Source: Camelus ferus (taxonomy: Eukaryota). From it: a stretch of 64,000 bases of DNA. The notes beneath the pieces were generated by a model, which was not told the DNA's origin, did not search any database, and saw nothing but the letters and a program-made list of their open reading frames with translations. Both the position numbers and the translations under genes were made by a program. Location of the stretch: the NCBI RefSeq assembly GCF_009834535.1, contig NC_045707.1, positions 48,486,001 to 48,550,000 of the forward strand. The letters are read 5' to 3'. Of this stretch, positions 1-13,060 are shown piece by piece (position 1 is the stretch's first letter; each line of letters opens with the position of its first letter).

Positions 1-509
1 ATTTTTGTTTCCAGTTTAGATAAATCAACTTCAAGATCGAACTTCACTTTTGGGCTAGAGATGGGAAACATCAGCTTACCCAACTCTCTCTTTTAGAGGT
101 GAAAGTCCAAAAAGTTCAGGGAAATTAAATCACTGCTTTAAAGTGCAAAATACAACCTATGTCTTTTAAATTTTTACCAAATTGTTGATGCCTGGGTCTC
201 CTGGCTAGGGGAATGGGGTGGAAGGAACATGAGGCTGTCTGAGAATCAAGTGGGGAGGGAAGGGACATATTCTCTTCATTTTTCACTTTGTTTTTAAAAT
301 TTTATTTTATTCAAATTGTAAAAAAACCCATAAATTATTTCCCTTTTTTTCTGGTGGCAGGGATGGGGGGTAGAGGAGTCTAAGAGGAAAAATCTGTGAA
401 AAGGCTAAGAGATGAAAATGTCCCAGGGATGGTGAAAACTATAAAGCTACAGTTACTAGAAGAAAAAGAAATATGAAGAAAACATCAAAACATATAATAA
501 TCAAATTGC

Positions 510-808
510 TTATAACAGTAAGAAAGAGAAAATCTTACAAGAAGCCAGAGGGAAAAAGACATTATGTGAAGGAAGAAAATGTAAAAAATAGAGAATATTT
601 CTTCTGGAAATATGCAAGCTAGAATACAGAAGAGCAACTGGATGTAACGAAAGTTAGAAACTATCAAACCAGAATTCTTAACCCAGGAAAAAAAAATAAC
701 TCTCAAACCTAAAAGCAAAATGAAAAGTTTTCACACATGCAAAAGCTGAAATAATTCAATACTAGAAGACCTGAATTACAAGAAAATATTAAAAGGAAGG
801 CCTTCAAA
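510..808 (+). mobile_element. Decayed LINE-1 ORF1 C-terminal fragment (old L1M)
   Basis: A-rich sequence resembling L1 ORF1 codons for KEKILKAAREK...MQARRQW...YPAKISF...KLREF...PALQEMLKEVL (aaagagaaaatcttacaagaagccagagg, atgcaagctagaa, agacctgaattacaagaaaatattaaaagg); frameshifted. Confidence 0.7.
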
Positions 809-1232
809 TGAAATCACTATCTCAAAGAGATATTTGCATCTGCATATACATTGCAGCATTATTCACAATAACCAAGATGTGGAAACAACTGAAGGGTCCA
901 TTGATAGGTGAATGAATAGAGAAAATGTGGAATATGTATATTCAATGGAGTAATATTAAGCCACTGAAAAAAGGAAATCCTACTTTTTATGAAAACACAG
1001 GTAAAACTTGAAGGCATTATGCTAAGTGAAATAAATCAGACAGAAAAAGACAAATTCTATATAATCTCACTTACGTAGAATCTAAAGAAAGTCAAACACA
1101 AAAACAAAGAACAGATCGGTGGCTGCCTGGGATCAGAGTGTGGGTGAAATGGGGAGACACTGATCAAAGGGTGCAAACCTCCAGGTATCACATGAATAAG
1201 ACCTGGGGATCTAAGGTACAGCATGATGACTC
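809..1232 (+). mobile_element. LINE-1 ORF2 end and 3' UTR fragment (L1MA-like)
   Basis: cattgcagcattattcacaataaccaagatgtggaaacaa; ggcattatgctaagtgaaataaatcagacagaaaaagacaaat: typical L1 3' motifs. Confidence 0.9.
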
Positions 1233-1689
1233 AAATGTCCCCAGCCTCAGGAGACAATTAAAAAAAAATCTCTATATTCTGCTTGTCTTCTTAGCTTCTT
1301 AGCAACTGCTTTCTGCTTTTTTTCCCCTCAGTGTCTCACTCTCTACATCTGCAACTTAGGAGTTGGCAATTGCCTTGAGGAAAGATTGCCAGGAGAATAT
1401 TGAGTTCATCTTAATGCATTTTACTTTCAAGATCTTGGCTTTTTAAGTCCCTGAAACTTTAGTTTTTCACTGATGCTTTCAATTTGTTCTTTTAAGCATT
1501 TAATCTAATATACACAGTCATTCTCTGTGGGAATGTTAGTTTAAACTAGGCACTTCACCATGATTATTGGTAGCTGTAGCACATACACTTATACATTTTA
1601 AGTAATTCCCATATTTTCCTACCTACCTCTCCAAATACAAGGTGTAGGACACGTTGGTGTTAGCATTTATATTAACTAGTTCATTTAGT

Positions 1690-1958
1690 CTGGATTAGCA
1701 CTGCCTAATATAAACATGATTCATTATGTAATTTTAAAATTTCAAGTACTTGCACTAAAAAAGTAAAAAGCAACAGGTAAAATTATAATAATATGGCTTA
1801 CTTAAGTATATTTAAATTATCATTCAATATACATGAATTCAAAATCCACTGTATATTCTATGCTTATAGCTCATCTCAATACATACTAGACCATTTCAAA
1901 TGCTTAAGAGCTAGCCACATGTGACTAATGGTTACCATATTGGAAAAGGCAGGTCTAG
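1690..1958. mobile_element. hAT-Charlie MITE, MER3/MER33-like
   Basis: catttcaaatgcttaagagctagccacatgtgactaatggttaccatattgga end and aaaaagtaaaaagcaacaggtaaaatt core resemble the recalled MER3/MER33 consensus. Confidence 0.75.
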
Positions 1959-2099
1959 AGGTTTCAGAATATTCAGGGGCGATGTGAAGGAACTAATGTA
2001 AATATACATATATGATAATATTGACTTGAAGACCTAGATTGTCTCCTCTGAGAAACAAATGATCTCTATTTAGCTATAAAAAGAACATTTTCATCATGT

Positions 2100-2550
2100 T
2101 AGGTGGAAAACTTGCTGATCACTTTTAACTGCTCAGCATCAAATATTCCCTCCTATTTTAGAGAAATAACACAAATTACGCGATTCAATAGAAGGTAGGA
2201 TTCAGCTTCCCAAGACTGAATCCCAAGGGATAAAAAAAACCTCTCTGTACCCTGAAAACCAAGAATCAGATGTGTAACTCAGACTCAGATAATCATATAT
2301 GTCTTCCAAGGACTCCACACATAACATACAGAAATGTAGATAAGACTTTAAAATATTCCCCAAAGTGGCCTTGAGTGAGGCAGAAAGGAGTCCTAGCAGT
2401 TACCCTGGTTTTGAAGGTCATTCTCACAGGATGATTTCTGGGTTATAAGAGTTGCTGTGTTGTTCTTTCCTAGGCTTCCTTTGTTCCTACAGGTGTTCAG
2501 GCCATTACATGAATCCCTGATTTCTAGGAGTTTGTGGACCCATGATTCTA
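2100..2550. mobile_element. Possible ancient ERVL LTR (LTR33/LTR16-like)
   Basis: Start tgctgatcacttttaactgctcagcatc and internal tgtgtaactcagactcagataatcat resemble LTR33-type sequence; very diverged. Confidence 0.35.
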
Positions 2551-2555
2551 CTTTT

Positions 2556-2780
2556 TAGTATAACGCAGTTTGCTAAGTGCATAAATTTAGGAGTCAAACA
2601 GCCTGAGGTTGAATCCTGCTTCTCCTACTCATTACCTATCTGGACTTAGACTCATTATTTTACCCTTTTTTTTCAATTTCTTTATCTATCGAGTAGTGAT
2701 GATTAATTGTACCTACCTCATGGGTTGTTACAAAAGCTCAATGGGATAATCCACACACAGTAAGTGCTCACATGTACTTA
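2556..2780 (+). mobile_element. MIR SINE
   Basis: ggagtcaaacagcctgaggttgaatcctgcttc...gtacctacctcatgggttgtt...cagtaagtgctca. Confidence 0.85.
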
Positions 2781-3174
2781 TTATGTACTGAATATTTATG
2801 TCTGAATAACTTAGCTTTTATTAATATTTTAAAAGTTTATGGAAAGTCTACTGTGTATTTGGCATGCATAAAACAGCACTTCTCATTTTTCCCACCTAAA
2901 ATTACCTTAATAAGAAAGAATACTTATTTTATATCCTTAAAGTTTTGGGAAGGGGTTATATGTAGCCTGACAAGACCACTGTGAGCCTAATCTCTTTGAA
3001 TTCTCAGGCTTCACCTTGAATATTACTCCCACTACATATGCTTCAAACCTGTTTCAAATTACCTACCATTAAGTAATGTGCCATGGTTATTTGGTGGCTT
3101 TAAGTGGTGCCAAGCACATAGCCCACTACCCTGCTTCAAGAAATGTAGACAAAACGATGTAACAATATTGGCAG

Positions 3175-3270
3175 TAACCTGTGATATAGGCATCACTATT
3201 TTCATTTTTAAGATGAGAAAATTAATTCAGAGAAGTTAGGTATTTTGCCTACAATTACACTGCTAGTGTG
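3175..3270 (-). mobile_element. MIR core fragment
   Basis: catttttaagatgagaaaattaattcagagaagttaggtattttgcc. Confidence 0.7.
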
Positions 3271-4789
3271 TGCACAATTATACATTTTATTTTGATCATG
3301 AGTTCCATTTTCCTAGACAAGGACTTCAATACAATATTTGAAGGTGCTTAATCACTTGGCCTCCAGCTCATAAAAGAGTTTTGCCATTATCTGGAGCATC
3401 CTTGATATTTTTAGAAAGGTAAGCCAAGGAAAGCATGTCTCATAAATTTATTTCATTTCACTGACATCACCACTTTCTTGATCCCTCTTTCATCTTCTCC
3501 ATTTTTTTTCCATTTTTTTCCCTCAAGTCTAGGATCATAAATATTTCTTTAGTTGTAAGCAGCCCATTATTTAAATAGCTTTCATCTAAAAGAATTCTGG
3601 AAATTTACTTTAGGTGAAATTTCAAGGAGAGAATTGTGACTAATAATTTGTGAGAATGCCATTCTAAGTTCTCATACATGTTGTGCAAGCCAAGTCAAAT
3701 AAAGATAGGCCTTGATAGAGGGCACTTACTTTTCCAAATGTGATTATCAGACTTTTCCAGGGGGCTTACTGATAGATCTGATCCAATCTTACTGATAACT
3801 GCATGAGTGTAAAACAAAACTCTCCCAGGAATTAAAGTCAAAGGCTGTATGTCTAAATTCCTCTATTTGCTAATCCAAAATATGTCATTTTTTTTCTTTT
3901 TCAAATGTTTTAAAAAATAGCAGAGGCAGTGAAAAAGCTATAGAACTTCACTGTCCAAGGCTACTTGCTATGACGCTGACTTCTAACCATGAACATGTGT
4001 GACTTCTCCTCTCTCTAAATCATCCTAGAAGCTTCTCATTTCACCTATACTTAGATGCCACTCTTTGTCATTTATTTTTGGAAATAATTCATTTTGAACA
4101 CAAGGAATAAACTTTATTTTCCTCACTAATGAAAAGTGTTTCTGTGCTATAGCAATGTCTTAGCCAATTTTCCTCACCTGCAGTTTGCCTTTGCGTAATG
4201 ATCTCATGAAAAATAAACTGCCAGTTTGATTGTAGCAAGCTTCAGTTATTAAGAAAAAACACACCTCATATCTTTTAGGTAGGACTGATAATCTTTTATC
4301 TACATTGTCTATAATGTTAATCCAAATTTGTTCAAATATTGGATGATTAACAATAATGAACAAGAAGTTTTGCCAACTGAGAATCAACTTGCCCAAACTA
4401 TTTATTCACCCATTACTTAAAACTCATCATGTTTAAGGATTTAAAAATAAGGAATCAAGTTTTTTTTTTCTTTTTGGACTAGTTTGAAAAATCTCCACGT
4501 ATGCTCTAGTTCTGAGAGAAAGACACAGGTTAAGTGAACAATAAGGTACACCATCGACTCTTATTAGCTGAAGATCTGATGTGGAGACTGTTTATAAGTG
4601 AGGTCCACAAGCTTTGAATTAACACACTCACGCAAGAAAAGAAAAAGTCCATTTGAATCCCCAGATACTTGGGTTCTCTATGCCAATTTTAAAATAGATG
4701 ATCATCAGAAGAAAACATCTGGATAACTGAGTGAATGTTTTCCACTGCTAGTGGCCAAATCTCTCCCTGAAAGCCAGAACACTACATTC

Positions 4790-5280
4790 AATGGCACGCA
4801 GGACATCTAAACTTGGATGCCCTCAGATGCAAAAGTAAATTAGTCACTGTATCTTGGACACCCATTCCTCCTCTATTGTTTCTATATTCCCTATCTCATG
4901 AAATGATGTCAGTATTTACATAGCTGGTCAAGCCCGAAATTTGATTCTTTCGATCTCTGTTATGTCACCGCATCCAATAGCTTCTCTTCTTTGCTTGGCT
5001 CTTACTCATCCTTTAGTGCTCATGTGGGCTTTCACTTTCCCTGGTACCCATGTTGGAGTCATATGCCTTTTCTCTGAACTTTAATAGCAACATATAGTTC
5101 CCCTATTGCAACACTTTTAACACTGTTTAGTCATTTCCTATTCATTCCTCTATTTTCCTAAATAAATTGAAAATTCCCAGATGAACCACATCTTTCTTGT
5201 AGAAATCTGATGCATTTCTACATCTAACATAGTGACGGGAACATAATAAATATTTAATACATATTTGTTAAATGACTAAG
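4790..5280 (+). mobile_element. LINE-2 3' fragment
   Basis: ggacatctaaacttggatgccctca start; ends ctaacatagtgacgggaacataataaatatttaatacatatttgttaaatga (L2 3' terminus). Confidence 0.75.
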
Positions 5281-5794
5281 CCAAAAATGAATAAATATTA
5301 AGATTTCAGATAAATAGCTAGATTACTAAGGAAAAAACTCAATCTAAAAATGTGAAGGCATAAGAAAAGCAAAATGGAAAATTTTTAAAAACAAAAATAT
5401 TTACTAAAAATTAAAAATGGATGAGAGGCAATAAAGATTTTGATTTGATCTGTTTCTGATATCTCCCCAGTATTTCACATCAGCCTATATCAATCCAGGA
5501 CAAATAATCATTGGACGTTTCACATCTTTTGTTCAGACCACTGTAAACCCATCGAATAATTTCCTGGCCTTTCCATTGTTAACAGCAAATATAGCTCTTT
5601 TGCTGGGTGCTTAGGAGGAGAGAGAATACTCTATTAACAGGTCTACCCTCTGAATTGCTTTGTAGAACCAGCAGGGATTTGCCACTATGCAACCCTACTT
5701 TCATCTAAGAGCCCAGAAGTGGGCTCTACTGTACCAGGCTTGATGTCTGATACCACTAGACCCCATTCTTGAGGGCAAATTATTGTCTTAGAAC

Positions 5795-5965
5795 TAGTAA
5801 TAGCTGACATGCATTAAGCATTACTATATGCCAAGAATAATCTCATTTATTCTTCATAACACCCTGAGAAACAAATATTGTTATTACAGAGATGAAGAAG
5901 CTGAAGCTCAGAGAAATAACTTTTTCAATATCAAGCAGCTGTTTGAATTCAAACTATCATGTCTA
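5795..5965 (-). mobile_element. MIR SINE
   Basis: taatagctgacatgcattaagcattactatatgcca...agatgaagaagctgaagctcagaga. Confidence 0.8.
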
Positions 5966-6249
5966 ACGATGATGTAGTCAACCAGTGGGTACATTACCTC
6001 TAAAAAGCTTCCATCACAATGAAAATATGAATTTTCTGCAAGAAGCACATCATTATGAAGAATTTCACAGAGTAATGATAGCATAAACTGGGCTGCAAAT
6101 TGTAGTAACTTAATGAAAATTATTGATTTACCTGGAGTAAAAGGTAAAGGAGAGTCATCCTGCCCATGTTTAGATGTATGTATAGAGTAGATTTTGGTTT
6201 AAAATGTATTATTTTAAGGAAATTAATCAAATATAATTCATGAATTTGT

Positions 6250-6360
6250 GAGCTGTGCAATAAATCACCCCCAAAGTTTTGGTGGCTTAGAAGCGTGGTG
6301 ACTTATTATTTCTCACAGTTCTATGGGTTACCAGGGTGGTTCTTCTACACATTGCCTGCG
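6250..6360 (-). mobile_element. MLT1 (MaLR) LTR fragment
   Basis: aataaatcacccccaaagttttggtggcttag...ttattatttctcacagttctatgggt. Confidence 0.65.
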
Positions 6361-6499
6361 CTTATATGTGTGACATTGCCTTAAATCTTTCAGACATCTT
6401 AACAAGGGGTCTTAGAGATAAACCCTTGATTTGCTCTTTGACTCTGAAATCCTCAAGGTGACTCCATTTTTGAATGAAAACACCCCACTTCTAAGAGTC

Positions 6500-7112
6500 T
6501 GAATTAGGCAGGGTTTGGTGAAGGAAGCAGGACCATTTTATATGTGAAGAATTAATTATTATAAAAATTAGATCTTACATAATTTCTAAAGGAGCTGGGG
6601 CAAGTAAAGGTCTCGAACAGTGAGTCAGAGGATCACTGAAAGAGTCTTGAAATAATTCTCCCAAAGCACTGGTACAAAGGGACAGTTTGGAGGTTACAAA
6701 GAGGATCTGAAAAGCCCAGGCAAGTCCAGCCACAGAATTAAGACTATGAAAGGGATACTTGTGGAGATGCCTATTAGAAGCTGTTGCCTCTGTGTAACTA
6801 CCTCTGGTGGTCCTCAGTTAAGCATGTGCTGGTGGTCCTGGGGACACTGTTGATCAGAATGCCTAGCAGTCAGGATAAAGAGCTGAATCTAGAGGGACAT
6901 AAGTCAAGATCAAATAGAAACCACCAGACACATCTACTGGTAACTGTCAGTTAATCCAATCATGAAGACCTTCCAAGAGTAAGGGCAACTGATTACTTCC
7001 CACCACAGGGTTCTCTTTCTCTCTGTCTCTGTCTCTCTTTGCCAAGTAAATTCCAGTATCATGTGGAGAAAAGAATTCTGAAAGCATATTCCTCAGCTTG
7101 ACCAGCTTGACA
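6500..7112. mobile_element. Ancient LTR, family uncertain
   Basis: TG...CA termini (tgaattaggcaggg ... cagcttgaccagcttgaca); terminal gaattctgaaagcatattcctcagct is typical of old eutherian LTRs. Confidence 0.5.
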
Positions 7113-7844
7113 ATAGAATGATCCAGTGGAGAAAAGAAATGTATCTGCTTCTATTTCTGAAAGAATGTGACTTTTCTATACTCTCACACAGATCCAGGAT
7201 TTAAACTGTGCTAAGATGCCCAGACAAGGCCAAGGTCACAGCCATGTGTCTAAGTACAAACAGATGACCACAGTAGAACTCTGGGACTCTGGAACTTTCA
7301 GGATGTCAGAATTCCTGTACATGAACTCATGACTAACAAGGCTGGGATTTGCCCTGAAAAATCCACATACTGAGACTCAAGTGGTTAGAGTATTTTCTCT
7401 TATGTGGTGGCCTATTCCCTCTAAATTTCAATGCGTCTTATGTCTCATAAATTTTAGAATACCACCCCCCTATAGAGAAAAATAGCTCTCTAAAATGTAG
7501 AATTCAATCAGAGCTACTTTCTGTGGTTTTCTTTTAGTTGTTCCCTCTGTGAAACTAACACAGTATCTTGTATGTTATAAATGTTTATGAATTCTGAAAA
7601 GTTAGGAGGGGAGAAAACATAAAATATACAAGCCTTTACCCAAAAAGTTACAATCCAATAGGCTAATCTGTTGTTAGGTTCAAGAAATTACAGGTAGTCA
7701 AAGGTGGGAGGAAAAGTCAAATGCATCGTGGACCAGCTACACAAGAATAAGATAATCTAGAAAGAAACTCTCAGAAAGATGCATGAAGCTGACACCCATT
7801 TTTAGTAAGTAAAAGTCAGATGATTCACAAGAAATTCATAGAAA

Positions 7845-8050
7845 GGCCTCAAGACTCTGCTTGCTAATTATTAGCTATGTGATCTTGGGTAGGCAAACAA
7901 ACTCTTCTAAACTACTCTAAGCCTCAGTTTCCCCAATGGTAGGATACAAGGAAGAATAGCAGCTGCTTCATGAGATTTCTGTATTATGATAATACATGAT
8001 AAGCACTTAGTGCAGCATAAAGCACTCAATGAATGTTAATTGCTATTATA
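7845..8050 (+). mobile_element. MIR SINE
   Basis: tagctatgtgatcttgggtag...ctctaagcctcagtttccccaatggta...aagcactcaatgaatgtta. Confidence 0.85.
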
Positions 8051-11000
8051 AGAAGTTGTGTCCTATAACATTAGTCTTTTTTTAATGTCTTAAAATGTTG
8101 TCTAAGTGTCATATTCCAAATATAGTTCAATCATGCTCAATGCTGAGGAACTATATTCTCTGATTTGATGCTGCAATCTGGTAGAATGGCCTTTTACATA
8201 AATGGCTAGAGGAGCATAATGGATAATGCTACATATGGTAATTATTCCCTGACGTATATACATACACATGTTCCATGTCAATTCTTTGTCTCAACTTTCC
8301 CCTTATTAGCAACCTATTTATTTAAAATCTGATTGTGACCACAACTGAAAAAGATCTGATGGAACTACTTAATGTCAACAACTAAACATATTAAAAAGAA
8401 CTTGGCTCACATTTCTAATTTGTCCTTACTTTGCTTTAGGAAAGATCTAGAATTTACCTCCTTTTTTATGATTAACCACATGCAAGGATCACAGCAATAG
8501 AGTTTTACCTTTTATAATCCTCATGCCAGATGTATCCTTTATATTGGCAAACAAGCAATGGCTATTTAACTTAAGCTGAGTTTATAAAGACCTTTGAATT
8601 GCTCTAAATTATGTAAAAATTGTCCCAGGAAGGAGACTGTGAACACAGACAGCTACAGGTGGTCCCAGTACATGTTATTTGGAGTTTATTTTCCCCAACC
8701 TTTATTTCATCAGCCCTTATGCTTGCACTGAACTTGGGTTCAGTTATAAATAGTTTCTCTGATATTTTCCTTTCCTGCATATTCTTGGATTTTCTCCTCT
8801 TCATCCTTCTCCCTCTTTTCACTTTTTCTTTACTTGTCTAAGGAAGTTAACTAGAAATCCCCCAGTCTTCTTTTATCTGATCTTGCCCTAAACAGCAAAT
8901 ACTTAGTATATTCCCAGTATCAGTTAAGGTTATAGTGTCTTTCAAGATTTACTTAAAATTGTCACAATCCCTCTTCTCAGATGATGAGTCTGAGGTTCTC
9001 AACAAGATTTCGATGGCTGACCTTCTCATGGTTACTTCTGGTGTTGAATTCCTCTTCCCACTGAACTGTTATTCTCGTGAGTGTCTCACATCCTATGTTT
9101 GTTCATGACTCTGCCTTATGCTAACCTAAAGGTGGAATGTCCATTTCTAATTGCTCCAAAATGCTACCCATACAAGGCATTTGTAGCTTCAGCAGATTTT
9201 ATTAAGAACTGGAGCAAAAGAAGAGGGTTGCATAGCAGCACAAATTCCCAAACTGTTTAACACTGAATATTAAATAGCCTTTTTCTTTAGTCTTCTGGCT
9301 TCCAGCTACCTACCAGGAATTTCTCAGTAATAACAGAGCCCCAACATCTCTAGCTTCCTACCATGTTACATTGTGTTCTCGCTCGCTCGCGCTCTCTCTC
9401 TCCTTCAGGGAGATAAGGTCTGCTTTTCTGCCCTCCCCTACTTCTTGTTCACTTCTAAATTTCTATTAAATTTTTAGACAGAGAAATTTACCTTTTTTTC
9501 TTTCTGGGATCCTTTCAGAACATGCCCTTAGGGCTCACACATCTAAAGCCGATTATCAAGGTGTTTTCCTAAACAAAGATAGTTTTCTCCCTAAGGGGAA
9601 CTCTGAGCCAGCTGTTAACATTGCAATCTTATTTATCCTGTCACCTTTACTTAAAGAGTAAATCAATGAAGGTGTTTGGGGAATTTACTTCTCCAGGGAA
9701 AGGCAGATGTGACACAACAGAAATATTACTGTAATATAGTTTTTCTTAAAGGTTTTGACTACATTGATGTATGTAATTCAGTCGTCCCAGTGCACAGCAC
9801 CCTGTTAGAGAAGACTATATTGACTGAAGTGGTAACACACCTTTATTTCTACTCATCATGTATTTGTGCTGTATTCACAAACACTCTGCTCCCTCCAAAC
9901 CTGGATCACTGTCCAAGCTTTCACAGATTTTTTTCTTAGGATAGGTTCTCTACTTATTATCCTAAATGTATTCATTTGTGACTACAAACAAGTTAGGTGA
10001 TTCCCCAAATAATGGACTAACGAATTAGGGTGATGATGCGAGGGCCCACCCATGTCCTTGGCCCATTGTAGGCGTCTTGAATAATTGTAAATGCGCCTGA
10101 TTTTAGTGGTCAAGAACTCTGATTTATCTTTATCAATTTGTTGTACTTCTGCGTGTCAACAGCATTGCTGTCCCCAAAGTTGAAATCCAAAGTGTTTGGA
10201 AACATTTTGACCACAGTGTGAGTAAATGCATCTTGGTGGAGAACCAATGTGGGCAAAGCATTATGCATAGAGCTATGAAAGATGCCACAGATTGAGTAAA
10301 TCACACAGTTCCTGTCCTTGGAGAGACTTGGATGCAAGGGAAATCAAGAACAAAAATAAAGATCTATGGGAGCATATGCTTACTTGTATATACACACATA
10401 TTTGAGTCTCATATGCATAGCCATATATCCGTACATTTTTGTAAATATATATATGACAGTTAATCAGATTTCTGACTCTCCAGCCTCATCTCTTGCCACA
10501 TCCAGGCAGTAACACTGAACTGCTTCCTGCTCTATTTCCTCCCTTGGTGATTCACATACTATTGACTAACTCCAAAGCCCTTTATGATGAGTCATTCTTC
10601 TCGGAGTAACTCTCTCCTATCCTTTAATACTCTTCCTTGAACTCAAATCCTCCAAGAAGCCTAGCTGAGAAAATACACTGACACACAGTCACACTAGCCC
10701 TTGAGTTTTATTTTGTTCCTCTCTTCGGAGTAAGCTAGTTGAAACCAGAGATGTTGAGTTAGATTTTTAAAATGATCTCCAGTTTACTAATCTGGTTGGT
10801 GAAGACATACACATTTTCCTCCTCACAGCCACCTTTGTTAGTTCTGCTAGTATGTGTCTGTGTAAATGTCTCTTCTACAGTTCTTTCCCAGAGCCTCTCT
10901 TGCTGATCGCAGCTCCCTCCCCTTTGGATATTCTGCCATGAAATTACTAAACTGGCTGAAGAAGGAAATAGAGAGGCAGGGTTACATACTTTTGTGAAAG

Positions 11001-12859
11001 CCAACTGATCCACGGTAGAATGCAAGACTGAAATAATGTGTTTTTCATATTTTCCATGACATGTCAATTACTGGGGGAGTTTCAGAAGCTTTTTTTTTTT
11101 CCTTCTTTCCTCCCTGCCCCTTCCTGCCATGTAGCAAAAGGAGAATTACCTTGTGTGGACTCCTAGTATCTTCCTCTAATTTGGCTATTACTGGAAGTCT
11201 GAGATGAGCAATATGTCCTGGTTTCTTCCCAATGCATGGTGCTCCTTATTTTTGCTTCATTTTAGGTTTTTAAAATCTAGTCTTGAAAACCCTCTTTTGA
11301 TATAACAGTTGCTTCCAATAAGAATCATACCAGAAACTAACACAAACAAATCATACTTTGAGGGTGTAAATACAGGCAAACACACAGAGAGCTTACTCTC
11401 AGTCTGTTCTTGATCGGCATCAATTTTGATATTTATGCAAAATTATGTGCATACAAGTACTATATAAACAAATGCTGAGAGACTTCCTGAATTATTGAAG
11501 TACACTTCCCCCAATTTCTCCTGTACACACATGAAAAGCCACCCACACCAAATAGAGTTCAAGTAACAAAGTTGGTATTGTGTGCGTCTGCCTTATTCAA
11601 ATATTATCTGCAGCCCAGTTTCTCAAATTACTCTGCTTTCTACAGAACTAATTTTAAAATGAATCTCCCACTGACTTCAAGGGGCTTTCATCTCTTTAGG
11701 ATGGTGATGAAGGCTAAAAATGTGTGCTTGGTACCCCAGAACACCCGAAGAATGAAGTCTGTGTCAATAAAGCTCAAGAGTGCTGAAACAGACCCAGTTC
11801 CTCTCCGGGTGCTGACCATTAATCCCTGTGAAATCTTTCAAAGAATTTTAAGTGATAAGCTAAGAGAAAATAGGCCCTAGAAAAACCACCCTTCTTTGGA
11901 TTGACTTCACATCAGAATTCCATAGTTGTATCAGAAACGAGATTGCTCAGTATACAGTTCCTTTTGTGCTGTGAATATAGAATGCTTTTTTCTTATTAAA
12001 AAAGAAAAAAACTCAAATAGATTTTGTACAAGGAATGCAATTCAAATGCAGCATTATCAGAAACAACACAGGAAGCTGCTCCAAACTCAGCATCTTAGCA
12101 TCCTGGTATGTAATAAACTCTAAACAACTTCCAGGAAATTAGATTCCTATAAATTGCTGAATAAGATGAAGAAAAAATCCTGAGTAGAAAACACACAAAC
12201 ATACACATACACACAAGAAGGAAATTAATTGTGTCATAATTACTGCACAGCTGCACCAGAAATTTGAAGGTACCCTGCTTTCTTCTTTGTTGATCAGGTA
12301 TAATCTGATTATGCTCCTTGCTTGAAGTATCTCTGGTCCCTCTATCTCCAAAAATAAATTCTCATTGAAGTATGACATTTCCACATCTACTGGCTAATTA
12401 CTTCAAGAATGAGATTTGCCTTGTATAGTTTAAACCTAATCCTTTTACTCATGTAGATAAGATCACAGTTGGGGGTATTGACAGAATAAATTCCTGCAGG
12501 AGAGTATCAATTAGGATTCTTCGCTGTGCCACAGTCTTTCCTCTACTGTATTAATGTTCTGACAAGGCATCAATAGAAAAGGCTTTATTCATTTTCTTAA
12601 TATCTTTCTTAATGTTCCTCCATTCCTGCTTCATGGGCTCTTTCTCCAATTTGTTTCTCCATTCACCACTTTTATTCCTCTTCAGAAATTTGTTGTCATT
12701 TTTCCTCCTTTCTGCCATTGACACAAATTTTTCTTCACATCATTCCTCATACCTCTAAGAAAGTTAACTCCAAGACAGTCAGTTGGGTCAGATTTCAACC
12801 TAAAGTCTTAGTTTACCTTGCCTTCTCTCTTTCCAATCTGGATATTACTAATTAATACT

Positions 12860-13060
12860 GCTTTTAAATTATTTGAAGTATTTTCACAGTGATAATCTTT
12901 AAAAATCTTTAAAAACTTGTTATTAATTATCATCATTTTATAGATGAAAAATAAGACTAAGAGATATTCCCAAAGAGACACAAATAATAAAGAGTAAAGG
13001 AGAGATTTGAACCCTTACATATTTTGGCTCCAAAGTTTATTGGTATCCACTGCATCACCA
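12860..13060 (-). mobile_element. MIR SINE
   Basis: attatcatcattttatagatgaaaaa...cccaaag...agatttgaaccc. Confidence 0.7.

Noticed and set aside
10030..10122. Possible C/D-box snoRNA (GTGATGA ... CTGA at about 10097 or 10119)
   Set aside because: The terminal stem is weak and displaced, I could identify no rRNA or snRNA guide, and no host gene is evident; an Rfam or snoscan search would be needed.
10759..11880. Two 102-aa ORFs (10759-11067 minus, 11572-11880 plus)
   Set aside because: Non-ATG starts, no recognisable domain and no convincing exon structure; such lengths are expected by chance in 64 kb.
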